Source: an uncultured delta proteobacterium (GTDB lineage: Bacteria; Desulfobacterota; WTBG01). From it: a stretch of 64,000 bases of DNA. The DNA lies in contig CAWCBP010000001.1 in the NCBI GenBank assembly GCA_963793865.1, forward strand, positions 224,001 to 288,000, read 5' to 3'. Position 1 is the stretch's first letter; every line of letters begins with the position of its first letter. The notes under the pieces are model-generated. The model saw only the letters and a list, made by a program, of their open reading frames with translations, searched no databases and was not told where the DNA came from. Below are positions 38,575 through 48,279 of this stretch, piece after piece. The position numbers and the translations under genes were made by a program.

Positions 38575-39882
38575 TCATTCCTGCTTCCTCCGGTCGATGA
38601 CCCTGGTTGCCTTTCCCTCGCTGCGCTGAATGGTCCTGGGCTCAACCAGCTTGCAGCGGCAGGTGGTCCCCAGCATTTCCTTGATCTCTTTTTCAACCTT
38701 CCGTTCCAGCTTTTCCAGCTGCTTGAACTGGTCGGAGAATATCCGTTCATTGAGTTCCACCTGGACCTCCAGGGTGTCGAGAGGTCCTTCCCGGTCAACG
38801 ATAAGCTGGTAGTGGGGTTCGATCCCCTCAATGTGCATGAGGATGCTTTCAATCTGGGAAGGAAACACATTGACGCCCCTGATGATGATCATGTCATCGG
38901 TCCGGCCGGCCACCTTTTCCATGCGCACGAATGTCCTGCCGCAGGAGCACGCTTCAGGATGGAGCGAGCTGATGTCACGCGTGCGGAAGCGGATGAGGGG
39001 AGAGGCCTCCTTGGTAAGCGAGGTAAAGACCAGTTCGCCGCGCTCTCCGTAGGGAAGCGGCTGCTCCGTTTCAGGATCGATAATCTCGGCAATGAAATGG
39101 TCTTCGAAGACATGCAGGCCCTTCTTGGCTTCGATGCACTCGCTGGATACACCCGGTCCGATTACCTCGGTGAGCCCATAGGTGTCGATGGCATCTATTT
39201 TCAGACGCTTTTCCAACTTGCCCCGCATCGTTTCCGACCAGGGCTCGGCCCCGAAGCAGCCGGCGCGCAGTTTGAAATCGACTGAAGGATCAAGCCCCAT
39301 GTCCTGTGCCACCTCGGCAAGATAAAGGGCGTAGGACGGCGTGCAGGCAATGGCGGTGGGCCCGAAGTCCTGCATGATGGTGACCTGCCGCCGGGTATTG
39401 CCTCCGGAGGCGGGGATTACCGATGCGCCGATTTTTTCCGCCCCGTAGTGAAATCCCAGGCCGCCGGTAAAAAGACCGTATGCGTATGCGTTATGCAGCA
39501 TGTCACCCCGTTGAATGCCGGCGGCATACAGGCTGCGCGCCATCAGCTCCGCCCAGATGTCGATGTCATGCCGGGTGTATCCCACGACGATCGGCTTCCC
39601 GGTGGTGCCTGATGAGGCGTGAATTCTCACCACCTGTTCCATGGGTGTGCTGAACAGGCCGAAGGGGTAGCTGTCCCGCAAATCGTGCTTGCTGGTGAAG
39701 GGGAGCAGCGGAAGGTCTTTGAGCGAGCGGATGTCCCCCGGCTTGATGCCTTTCTGGTCGAACTTTTTCTTGTAGAAGGGGATGGTGGTATATACCCGTT
39801 CAAGTGTTGACCGGAGCCGTTTCAGCTGCAGGGCCTCCAGCGCCTCCCGCGGCAGTGTTTCAAATTCCTCATTCCAGATCAT
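38575..39882 (-). CDS. paaK: Phenylacetate--CoA ligase
   Basis: [63 protein letters not shown]. Confidence 0.93.
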   Translation of the reverse strand: MIWNEEFETLPREALEALQLKRLRSTLERVYTTIPFYKKKFDQKGIKPGDIRSLKDLPLLPFTSKHDLRDSYPFGLFSTPMEQVVRIHASSGTTGKPIVVGYTRHDIDIWAELMARSLYAAGIQRGDMLHNAYAYGLFTGGLGFHYGAEKIGASVIPASGGNTRRQVTIMQDFGPTAIACTPSYALYLAEVAQDMGLDPSVDFKLRAGCFGAEPWSETMRGKLEKRLKIDAIDTYGLTEVIGPGVSSECIEAKKGLHVFEDHFIAEIIDPETEQPLPYGERGELVFTSLTKEASPLIRFRTRDISSLHPEACSCGRTFVRMEKVAGRTDDMIIIRGVNVFPSQIESILMHIEGIEPHYQLIVDREGPLDTLEVQVELNERIFSDQFKQLEKLERKVEKEIKEMLGTTCRCKLVEPRTIQRSEGKATRVIDRRKQE

Positions 39883-39938
39883 ACGTGGCCCTCCATGCCA
39901 TAAGGGATATTATAAGCTCAAATATTTTCCCGTGTCCA

Positions 39939-40537
39939 TTAGGGACACGTATGGTGCCTCTGCCTGCCAAGGCTGAATGCCTTCAGGTTGAGTTCGATCA
40001 GTTTTGCCGGAAGCATTGAAGCGATTACCTCCTGCCAGAGGCCTCTTCTATGGCAAAGCAATTCGAAAGCGCCCCGATCAGCGCTATATTGACCGCCTTG
40101 ATGCTTCCCGCCTCCCGGGCCGCCTCCAGGGCATTGACCAGGGTGAACCGGGGATACCGCTCCCTCAGTCGCTCGGGTATGTCAGTAGGATAAACGTCCT
40201 TGCCCATGGTCACCGATGGCGGGAGGATTTTCTGGTTGTTAACCAGGATGATGGAAGTATCTTTAAGAAAGTCAAGGTAGCGCAGGGTTTCAAGCTGCTC
40301 AAAGGAAAAAAGAATATCAACCTCTCCTTTTCTGATGGTCGGCGAATAGACTTTCGGCCCGAAGCGGACATGGCTGGTGACACTGCCGCCCCGCTGCGCC
40401 ATGCCGTGCACCTCGCTTTTCTTCACATCATGGCCGGCCCGCATCATCACCGCCGCAATAATATCGCTGGCGAGAATGACCCCCTGGCCGCCCACCCCGA
40501 CAGTTAAAATATTGGTGACCTTATCTGTTGTCGTCAT
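39939..40537 (-). CDS. iorB: Indolepyruvate:ferredoxin oxidoreductase beta subunit; frameshift near 40040
   Basis: GVGGQG, SEVHGMAQRGGSVTSHVRFG; C-terminus WQEVIASMLPAKLIELNLKAFSLG in shifted frame ending at 39939. Confidence 0.88.
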
Positions 40538-42293
40538 GGGTCTTGATTATGGCTTCCTTGGGGCAGACCTGTGCGCACAGGGCGCAACCCACGCACAAGC
40601 TTTCATTGATATGTGATTTGCCGGATTTGTTTTCCCCCGGTATCCACTCTATCGCAGGACATCCCAGCTGCAGGCACCCCCTGCATCCCACGCAGGTTTC
40701 TTCATGAACCATGAAAAGAGATTCCGGTGGAGGGCCTCCCTTGCGCAGCAGCACGCAGGGGGCCTCGGCAATGATTACCGATGGCTCCGGCCGGGCCGTT
40801 TCTTCCTGCAGGGCCGCGGCCAGCCCGTCAAGATCGTAGGGGTTCACCTTTCTCACGTGATCGATGCCCAGCGCGCCGCATAGTGAAGCCAGGTCAACCT
40901 TTTTGGTCTTTTCCCCCTGGACGGTGCGGCCGGTCCCGGGGTGCTCCTGCCGTCCGGTCATGGCCGTCGTCCGGTTGTCCAGGATGATGACGGTGCAGGT
41001 GCCCCGGTTGTAGGCAATGTCGAGCAGCCCGGTCATGCCCGAATGGAGGAAGGTTGAATCCCCGATGACCGCCACCGCCTTGCCCTGTCCGGCGGCACCG
41101 AGCGCCTTGTCAATCCCCATCGCCTGCCCGATGCTCGCGCCCATGCAGATGCAGCTGTCCATGGCATTGAGCGGCGGGAGTGCCCCCAGGGTGTAGCAGC
41201 CGATGTCCCCGGTGACGAACAGCTTCTGCTTTTTTAAGGTATAAAATATGCCCCGATGAGGACATCCCGGGCACAGGTTGGGGGGGCGGCCGGGAAGTTG
41301 AGCCTGTTCCGCCCCGGGATCGGATTTTTTTGTCACACCCCTGATGCCTTCTTCGGCCGTCGCGGGACCAAACTCACCGCACAGGGGAAAGACCTCTTTC
41401 CCGGTCACCGCGATGCCCAGCGATTTTATCTGCTCTTCCAGAAACGGATCCAGCTCCTCGAACACGTAGAGTTTGCCGACCTTTCCGGCAAATTCCTTTA
41501 TCAGGCGAGACGGCAGCGGGTAGACCATTCCCAGCTTTAGAAATGAATAGCCGGGAAAGGCCTCTTTGGCGTACTGGTAGCAGGCCCCGCTGGTGATAAT
41601 GCCGATTGCGGTATCCTGCATTTCCACCTCGTTCTTTTCAAATGTTTCGGCAAAGTCCTTAAGCGTTTGCAGCCGCTCTTCGATGAGCGGATGTCTCAGC
41701 CGCGCGTGCCGGGGAAGCATGACAAATTTTTCAGGCTGCTTCTCAAGCTCGTTCGGTGCCTCCCTCCTTGCCGGTTCGGCTAGCGTGACCAGGGACATGG
41801 AATGTGAGATGCGGGTGGTCGTGCGAAGCATGACCGGCGTATCAAAGCGCTCGCTTACGGCAAATGCCAGTTTTACAAAATCCTTTGCCTCCTGGCTGTC
41901 GGCAGGCTCAAGCATGGGTATCTTCGCGAACCTGGCGTAATTCCGGTTGTCCTGCTCGTTCTGGGAGCTGTGTATCTCGGGATCATCCGCGGTCACGATC
42001 ACCAGCCCTCCCCGCACGCCGGTGTAGGAAAGGGTGAAGAGGGGATCGGCCGCGACATTCACGCCCACGTGCTTCATGGATACCAGTGCCCTGCTCCCGG
42101 CGATGGAAGCTCCCATGGCCACTTCAAGGGCCACCTTTTCATTGGGAGACCACTCGGCGTAGATTCCGTCATAGGCGGCGATGCTTTCGAGGATCTCGGT
42201 GCTGGGCGTTCCGGGATAGGCGGTGGCAACCGCGACCCCGGCTTCATAGGCCCCGCGGGCGATGGCCTGGTTGCCTGACAGGAGGACCTTCAT
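40521..42293 (-). CDS. iorA: Indolepyruvate:ferredoxin oxidoreductase alpha subunit
   Basis: GNQAIARG, YPGTPSTE, MKHVGVNVAAD, SSQNEQD, LCPGCPHR, GDIGCY, GDSTFLHSG, C-terminal 2x4Fe-4S. Confidence 0.93.
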   Translation of the reverse strand: MKVLLSGNQAIARGAYEAGVAVATAYPGTPSTEILESIAAYDGIYAEWSPNEKVALEVAMGASIAGSRALVSMKHVGVNVAADPLFTLSYTGVRGGLVIVTADDPEIHSSQNEQDNRNYARFAKIPMLEPADSQEAKDFVKLAFAVSERFDTPVMLRTTTRISHSMSLVTLAEPARREAPNELEKQPEKFVMLPRHARLRHPLIEERLQTLKDFAETFEKNEVEMQDTAIGIITSGACYQYAKEAFPGYSFLKLGMVYPLPSRLIKEFAGKVGKLYVFEELDPFLEEQIKSLGIAVTGKEVFPLCGEFGPATAEEGIRGVTKKSDPGAEQAQLPGRPPNLCPGCPHRGIFYTLKKQKLFVTGDIGCYTLGALPPLNAMDSCICMGASIGQAMGIDKALGAAGQGKAVAVIGDSTFLHSGMTGLLDIAYNRGTCTVIILDNRTTAMTGRQEHPGTGRTVQGEKTKKVDLASLCGALGIDHVRKVNPYDLDGLAAALQEETARPEPSVIIAEAPCVLLRKGGPPPESLFMVHEETCVGCRGCLQLGCPAIEWIPGENKSGKSHINESLCVGCALCAQVCPKEAIIKTHDDNR

Positions 42294-42358
42294 TGCTGTT
42301 GTTTTGCCTTCCGATTCTGTTGTATTTTTTCTGACATGTGGTGCGAGAGTAGATTATG

Positions 42359-42421
42359 TGGAGGGACGCACTCCGTTGCGTCCGATTATTATGTGCGGCC
42401 ATGACAGATCATGGCCCTCCA
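42359..42421. repeat. GGAG-type REP-like doublet
   Basis: TGGAGGGACGCACTCCGTTGCGTCC ... GGCCATGACAGATCATGGCCCTCCA; related half at about 48202-48226. Confidence 0.55.
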
Positions 42422-42494
42422 TAGTACTATGTGCTGTTAAATGTAAAGCGCTGTTGTCAGCCCTTCAACAGGGTAAGGGTTCCGGTTATTTCGC

Positions 42495-42523
42495 TTGCAA
42501 AGGATTTCGAAAAATAATATAAG
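42495..42523 (+). promoter_or_regulatory. Possible sigma70 promoter of the carboxylase island
   Basis: TTGCAA-17 bp-TATAAG, about 60 bp before the RBS-supported start. Confidence 0.4.
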
Positions 42524-42584
42524 TTTACATTTTGGATTGCAAGACAAATCAGAAGTTTCGTGGTTACAGGAAGGAGAAAAGCCC

Positions 42585-44624
42585 ATCAGTTACACAATAG
42601 CCATTGATACCGGTGGTACCTTCACCGATGGTTTTTTTGTGTTTGATAACCGGGTGGAAACAGTCAAGGTATCAACCACGCCCCATGATCTGACCGTTTG
42701 CTTCCTCGAATGCATCAGGGCCGGCGCGCGCCGTCTGGGCGTTGCGGTTGAGGATTTGCTCTACGGCGCTGAGATTGTGCGTTTCGCAAACACCATCGGC
42801 ACCAACACCATCATCCAACGAGACGGCAGCAAGGTAGGCCTGATTCTTACCGCCGGCAGGGAAAAGCTCGCGCCGGTTCATGGGAGCGACGGCAAGGCGC
42901 CCCTGGTCCAGCCGGACATGGTGTTCGGCCTTGATGAGGAAGTTTCCCCGGAGGGCAGGCTGGTGAGGGCCCCCGGCGAACAGGCCGTCCTCTCCTGCGC
43001 CCAGGAGCTCATAGACCGGGGCGCGCGCTGTCTGGTGGTGGCCTTTGCCAATTCCGAATGCAACCCCGGGAACGAGCGCCTCATCCGCCGCGTGGTCAAG
43101 CGCGAATACCCCCGCGATTTTCTCGGCTCGGTGCCCGTGTTTCTCTCCTCCGACATTTCACGCCGGTCGGGTGAGGCCGAGCGCATTAACGCGGCGGTGC
43201 TAAATGCCTACATCCACGCCAAGCTGGTTCGGCTGCTCTACAAGGCGGGCGAGGAGCTGCGCCGCAGCCTCTACCGGAAGCATCTCTTCATTGTGCACAA
43301 CAACGGCGCCGTGGCCCGGGTGGCCAAGACCAGATCCATCAACACCTATAACTCGGGGCCCGCGGCCGGGCTGCTGGGCGCGCGGCTTGTCGGCGGGCTC
43401 TACGGGCAGGGCAATCTGATCTCCGCCGACATGGGGGGCACTTCATTTGATATCGGTTATGTCCGCGACGGCCAGGTCAGCATTGACCTCAATCCGGAGG
43501 TGGAAGGCTTTGCCGTCAATGTGCCCATGCTGGCGGTCAGGGCCATCGGTGCGGGCGGCGGCTCAATTGCCTCGGTAACCGACGGCGCGCTCACGGTGGG
43601 CCCCCGGTCCGCCGGCGCGCTTCCCGGTCCTGTCTGCTTCGACCTGGGCGGCGCGGAACCGACCGTCACTGACGCGGATCTCATCCTGGGAATCCTTGAC
43701 CCCGGCTATTTTCTGGGCGGGTCCATGATGCTGAACGCGGCCCGGGCCCTGTCGGTCATGGAGGAAAAAATCGGCCGTCCCCTCGGCCTGCCCGCGGTGA
43801 AGGCGGCCATGTCCATCAAGGGGATGATTGACCAGGCCATGGGGCGGGAGATATTGCGCCTCAAGCAGGAGATCTGGCCATCGGGTGAAAATCCGCCCCT
43901 GGTGATATACGGAGGCGCGGGCCCCGCGCACTGCTGCCATCTGGCCGGGATCGCCGGTATCGATACCATCATCATCACCCCCTTCTCCGCCGTCTTTTCA
44001 GCCTTCTCCGCGTCAGGCATGGATGTGGGACACCTCTACTACCGCCGCGTCGATCTTCCCATCGCCTCTCTTGATGAGGGCGGCGAGCTGCGGGCGCAGA
44101 TTGACTCCATGTATAAAGAGGCCATGCGGGACATGCGCGGGGAAGGCTTCAGCGCGGAAATGATTGCGACGGAACTCGGCCTGCTGGTGCGGCCGGCAGC
44201 CGGCGGAACCGAGGTGCAGCTGACGGTTCCGGGTGACGCCCTCGATGATCCGGCACGGATAAAACGGGAAGCACACGCTCTGCTGCAAGCTGGAGGGCAT
44301 GGTGACAGCGGTGAATGGCGGCTTACCACGGTGAGCCTCAGGGTGAGGGCTGAAATCCCCCGCTATGCAATGGCCCAATATCCTCCTGTCACCCATGGAA
44401 TTGAAAAGGCGCTCAAAGGGCGGCGGAAGGTTTTTCTGCAGGCGGATGGCGGTGCCCATGAACTCAGCGTGTATGACGGCGAGCGCCTTGAGAACGGTCA
44501 TCGGATCGCGGGGCCGGCGCTGGTTGAAACCGAGCATACCACCCTGCTGGTTGCGGCGGGCTGGAAGGCTGCGGTAGACAGGTACCACAACACCATACTG
44601 ACGAGGACAGCGGGTGAAGGTTAG
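42585..44624 (+). CDS. Hydantoinase A/oxoprolinase-family ATPase; acetophenone carboxylase-like large subunit 1
   Basis: IDTGGTFTD, SGPAAG, DMGGTSFD, GAGGGSIA, GPRSAGALPGP, PTVTDAD, GGAGP; start apparently ATC 8 nt after AAGGAG. Confidence 0.85.
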   Translation: MSYTIAIDTGGTFTDGFFVFDNRVETVKVSTTPHDLTVCFLECIRAGARRLGVAVEDLLYGAEIVRFANTIGTNTIIQRDGSKVGLILTAGREKLAPVHGSDGKAPLVQPDMVFGLDEEVSPEGRLVRAPGEQAVLSCAQELIDRGARCLVVAFANSECNPGNERLIRRVVKREYPRDFLGSVPVFLSSDISRRSGEAERINAAVLNAYIHAKLVRLLYKAGEELRRSLYRKHLFIVHNNGAVARVAKTRSINTYNSGPAAGLLGARLVGGLYGQGNLISADMGGTSFDIGYVRDGQVSIDLNPEVEGFAVNVPMLAVRAIGAGGGSIASVTDGALTVGPRSAGALPGPVCFDLGGAEPTVTDADLILGILDPGYFLGGSMMLNAARALSVMEEKIGRPLGLPAVKAAMSIKGMIDQAMGREILRLKQEIWPSGENPPLVIYGGAGPAHCCHLAGIAGIDTIIITPFSAVFSAFSASGMDVGHLYYRRVDLPIASLDEGGELRAQIDSMYKEAMRDMRGEGFSAEMIATELGLLVRPAAGGTEVQLTVPGDALDDPARIKREAHALLQAGGHGDSGEWRLTTVSLRVRAEIPRYAMAQYPPVTHGIEKALKGRRKVFLQADGGAHELSVYDGERLENGHRIAGPALVETEHTTLLVAAGWKAAVDRYHNTILTRTAGEG

Positions 44625-44943
44625 CATTACCGAATATCTGGAGATCGACCTGGACCATGAAATGTGGTGCTGCCGGCGATGCGGCTCACCCCTGGCCCCG
44701 GCGCGGGAGAATTACAAGCACGGGTGCCTGGTGGCCGAGCGGCCGCTTCCCGAGGTGCATCCGCCCCTGGTGGAGGGGGCGGCGTACAGCTTCTGCCCCG
44801 ACAGCGATTTTTGCAGACTCATAGAGTTTTACTGCCCTTCATGCGGCGTGATGATAGAAAATGAATACCTGCCGCCGGGTCACCCGGTGACTCACGATAT
44901 TGAACTCGATATTGACGCTCTCAAAAAGCGTTACGGGGCGTGA
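44614..44943 (+). CDS. Acetone/acetophenone carboxylase small Cys-rich subunit
   Basis: ITEYLEID, CRRCG, NYKHG, EFYCPSCG...E.EY...P..HDIELD. Confidence 0.85.
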   Translation: MKVSITEYLEIDLDHEMWCCRRCGSPLAPARENYKHGCLVAERPLPEVHPPLVEGAAYSFCPDSDFCRLIEFYCPSCGVMIENEYLPPGHPVTHDIELDIDALKKRYGA

Positions 44944-44944
44944 C

Positions 44945-45898
44945 GTGGAGACGGGGCAAATCCTCTTCAGCAAGTTCGTCAAGGGAGAATCCGCAACCCG
45001 GCCGGCTTTCGTGCCGCTCATTGGGGGCGTGCTTCCGAGGGTCGCGGGAATACCGCTGAAGGAATTGACTGCTGATGCCACCCTCTGGGCGAACAGCCTT
45101 CAGAAGACAGTCGAATTATTTAACTTCGACGGGGTTGTGCTCGGCTTTGATTTCAGCCTGATGGCGGAGGCCTGCGGCTGCGGGATTTCCTGGGATGGGG
45201 ACCGTCCTGTGGTGTCATGTCCGGCAGTTGCCGTGTGCCAGGTTCCGGAGGAAAACGGCCGGATGCAATATGCCCTGGAGGCGGGCAGACGGGTCATCAG
45301 CGTGTGCGGCAATGACCGGGCCTGCGTTGTGGCGCTCACCGGACCGGCAACCCTGTCCGCCCAGCTTTTCGGCCGGGAGCAAGGCTCCGAACGCACGGCT
45401 GACTGCAAAGGGCTGCTGGTTCGCATCACCGAGGAATTTTGCCGGTTGCGGCCCCACGGCCTGGCCTTCATGGAGGAATGCTCCATGGCTGCGGCCGGGA
45501 TTGATTCGGCCCAGCGGCGGATCTATAGCACCCTCAAGAATATAGCGGCCTACTACAATATACCGGCCGGCCTGTACCTGCAGGGTTACCAGCCCGGAAC
45601 CCTGGGGCAGTTCGCAAACCTGAAAATGGATTTTTATATCCTGGGGCCTTCACAGGCGGGCGGCCTGCCCGTGCTTTCAGATCTGTGGGATCTGGGCAGG
45701 GATTCTCTGGGCGTGGGCATAGGGCTGCCGGTGGATCACCTGGAAAAGACCAGGGAATTCATCAGGCAGGGCGTGGAGTATTGTCGCGGCGGTGAAAAGC
45801 GGGGATTCTTTTTTACCAGCTGCGGTGAGGTCGACCGGTCAATTGATCTGGGCATACTCCGACAGGTGACGGAGGAAGTCCGGCAGGTCCGGTTGTGA
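44945..45898 (+). CDS. Uroporphyrinogen decarboxylase/MtaA-like TIM-barrel protein within the carboxylase operon
   Basis: FVP, FDGVV.GFD.SLMAEACGC, LTGPATL, C-terminal FFTSCGEV; GTG start directly after the small subunit stop. Confidence 0.65.
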   Translation: METGQILFSKFVKGESATRPAFVPLIGGVLPRVAGIPLKELTADATLWANSLQKTVELFNFDGVVLGFDFSLMAEACGCGISWDGDRPVVSCPAVAVCQVPEENGRMQYALEAGRRVISVCGNDRACVVALTGPATLSAQLFGREQGSERTADCKGLLVRITEEFCRLRPHGLAFMEECSMAAAGIDSAQRRIYSTLKNIAAYYNIPAGLYLQGYQPGTLGQFANLKMDFYILGPSQAGGLPVLSDLWDLGRDSLGVGIGLPVDHLEKTREFIRQGVEYCRGGEKRGFFFTSCGEVDRSIDLGILRQVTEEVRQVRL

Positions 45899-45928
45899 GC
45901 CTTTTAAATATCCTGCCAGGGACAGAAG

Positions 45929-48067
45929 ATGGGTTTTAACATCAACATTGACATTGGCGGCACATTTACCGATTTCTTTGCCGGGCATGATGACCGGGGA
46001 AGCCGGATCACCAAGACGCCTACCACCCACTATGATCTTTCAGTGGGCTTCATGCGCGGGATCCGCGAGCTTGCCGGCGCCTATGATCTCTCGTTTCAGA
46101 GCTTCCTCGGTCAGACGAATCAGGTCCGTTACTGCACCACCCTGGGGACCAATTCGCTCATCGAGAGGACCGGTCCCAAGCTGGGCCTGATCACCACCGC
46201 CGGCTTTGAAGACGCCATTTTCCTGGGAAGGGGGCGGAGCTGGGCCGACGGCATTATCGGTCAGGACAACAAGGATCTTTCCCGCATCAACAAGCCGCTT
46301 CCCCTCATTTCACGCGACATGGTGGTGGGGGTGCGTGAGCGCATTGACTCATTCGGACAGGTCATCTGCCCGCTCAATCGCGACGAGATTCTGGAAAAGC
46401 TGCAGTACCTGGTGGACCAGGGCGCCATGGGATTCGTGGTCTGCCTCTTATGGTCATTCATTAACCCATCCCACGAGCGCATGATCAAAGAGGTGATCGA
46501 GGAGGAGTACCCGGAAGATTACCTGGGGTCCATGTCGGTAACCCTGTCGAGCGAGGTGTCCGCCAAGTGCGGGGAATACACCCGCTTCATTACCGCAATC
46601 GTCAATGCCTACATCCATGGAATCATGGCGGAAGAGCTCAACAAGCTGGTTAATGTGTTGCGTGATGGAGGCTATAAAAAGCCATTGATTTTAGTGCATA
46701 ATACCGGGGGCATGAAAAAGCTTTCCCGGACCAAGGCGGTCCTGACCCACAATGCCGGTCCCGTGGCCGGCCTGCACGGCGCGCTGGTGACCGGGAAGCA
46801 ATACGGATTCAGCAACAGCATATTTACCGATATGGGGGGTACCTCGTACGACATCGGGGTTATAACCGGCGGCCAGCTGAAAACCTATGACTTCATACCG
46901 GTCATCGACCGCTGGCGCACCAACATACCTGCCATTGAAATTAAATCCATCGGCGCCGGCGGCGGATCCATAGCCTGGATCAATAAATTAATGGACAATG
47001 CCCTGCAGGTAGGACCCCGGTCCGCGGGATCCATGCCCGGGCCCGCCTGTTACGACCAGGGCGGCCATGAGCCGACGGTCACCGACGCGGACCTGGTTCT
47101 GGGCTACCTTAATCCCGACAACTACCTGGGCGGAAAGATACTGCTTGATCCCGACCTGAGCAGGAAGGCCATCGAGGAGAAGGTTGCCCGTCCCCTGGGC
47201 ATCGATGTCATGGAGGCTGCCTCGCGCATCCGCCGGATCATTGACGCCTACATGGGGCAGGAGGTGTTCAAGGAAGTGGTGCTGAAAGGTCACGATCCCC
47301 GCGACCTGGCCCTCTTTGCCTGCGGCGGAGCCGGCCCCACCCATGCCTGCAGCATCGCGCCCCATCTCGGCGTGAGCAGGGTTATCGTTCCCTTCCACTC
47401 CTCGGTTTCCGGGGCCTTCGGCGCCTCCACGGTGAATATTCAGCAGGTCTGGGAAAAATCCCGAACCTTGAAAATATTCAAGTGGACCACCCAGTCCTAC
47501 TCGGAGGAGGTGGACCAGTTCAACGGCGTGGTGGATGAGATGGTTGATCTGGCGCGGCGCGACCTGCGCCTGGAGGGCTTCAGCGACGAGCAGATCCGCT
47601 TCCGCCTGGAGCTGGACATGCGCTACGGCATGCAGTTCAACCTGACCAAAATTGTTTCGCCTCACGTGCGGGTCTCCTCTGCGCATGATTTTAAAACCAT
47701 CTGCGACACCTTTTCGGACCAGTACGCGTCCATCTATTCGCCGGAGGCCACCTTTCCCCAGGGCGGCATCAACGTGGAGTGCTTTTATCTTACCGCCTAT
47801 GTGGAGACCCCGTCCCCGAAAGTGCTGCCGGTGAAGCCGGGGGCAAAGGAGCCTCCGCCGGGATCCCGGGGTGAGTCGAGGCGGGCTTACTGGAACTCCC
47901 TGCAGGATGTGAAGGAGACCCCGGTGTTTATTTTTGAATCGCTCCAGCCGGGCAACGGCATAAACGGGCCGGCCATTATCGAGGCGCGTGATACCACCTA
48001 TGTGGTGGAGCCGGGATGGCGGTTTACCCTGGACGGGTTTTACAACGGCGTGCTGGAGCTGATCTAG
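45929..48067 (+). CDS. Hydantoinase A/oxoprolinase-family ATPase; acetophenone carboxylase-like large subunit 2
   Basis: IDIGGTFTD, AGPVAG, DMGGTSYD, GAGGGSIA, GPRSAGSMPGP, PTVTDAD, GGAGP. Confidence 0.88.
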   Translation: MGFNINIDIGGTFTDFFAGHDDRGSRITKTPTTHYDLSVGFMRGIRELAGAYDLSFQSFLGQTNQVRYCTTLGTNSLIERTGPKLGLITTAGFEDAIFLGRGRSWADGIIGQDNKDLSRINKPLPLISRDMVVGVRERIDSFGQVICPLNRDEILEKLQYLVDQGAMGFVVCLLWSFINPSHERMIKEVIEEEYPEDYLGSMSVTLSSEVSAKCGEYTRFITAIVNAYIHGIMAEELNKLVNVLRDGGYKKPLILVHNTGGMKKLSRTKAVLTHNAGPVAGLHGALVTGKQYGFSNSIFTDMGGTSYDIGVITGGQLKTYDFIPVIDRWRTNIPAIEIKSIGAGGGSIAWINKLMDNALQVGPRSAGSMPGPACYDQGGHEPTVTDADLVLGYLNPDNYLGGKILLDPDLSRKAIEEKVARPLGIDVMEAASRIRRIIDAYMGQEVFKEVVLKGHDPRDLALFACGGAGPTHACSIAPHLGVSRVIVPFHSSVSGAFGASTVNIQQVWEKSRTLKIFKWTTQSYSEEVDQFNGVVDEMVDLARRDLRLEGFSDEQIRFRLELDMRYGMQFNLTKIVSPHVRVSSAHDFKTICDTFSDQYASIYSPEATFPQGGINVECFYLTAYVETPSPKVLPVKPGAKEPPPGSRGESRRAYWNSLQDVKETPVFIFESLQPGNGINGPAIIEARDTTYVVEPGWRFTLDGFYNGVLELI

Positions 48068-48192
48068 CAGGCTGGTGAAAAACACCCATCTGCTGCGTTA
48101 CGCTCATCCTTCGTCATTGCAGCGTACTTGCATGTACGCCTCATTCCTCAGGATTTCGCGTGCCTTGCATCTGGATGTTTTTGACCAGCCTG
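48068..48192. mobile_element. 125-bp MITE-like element with terminal inverted repeats
   Basis: Left CAGGCTGGTGAAAAACA vs right reverse complement CAGGCTGGTCAAAAACA (16/17); no coding capacity. Confidence 0.55.
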
Positions 48193-48279
48193 GGGAAAAC
48201 TGGGACGCGACGGAGAGCGCCCCTCCAAATAATCCATTTTATTGTTAGGTTGGCAGACCTTTCATGAAGGAATGAAGTT

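Noticed and set aside
42495..42584. 30-aa N-terminal extension from TTG 42495
   Set aside because: No RBS, overlaps a promoter-like box, and the paralog begins at the position matching 42585
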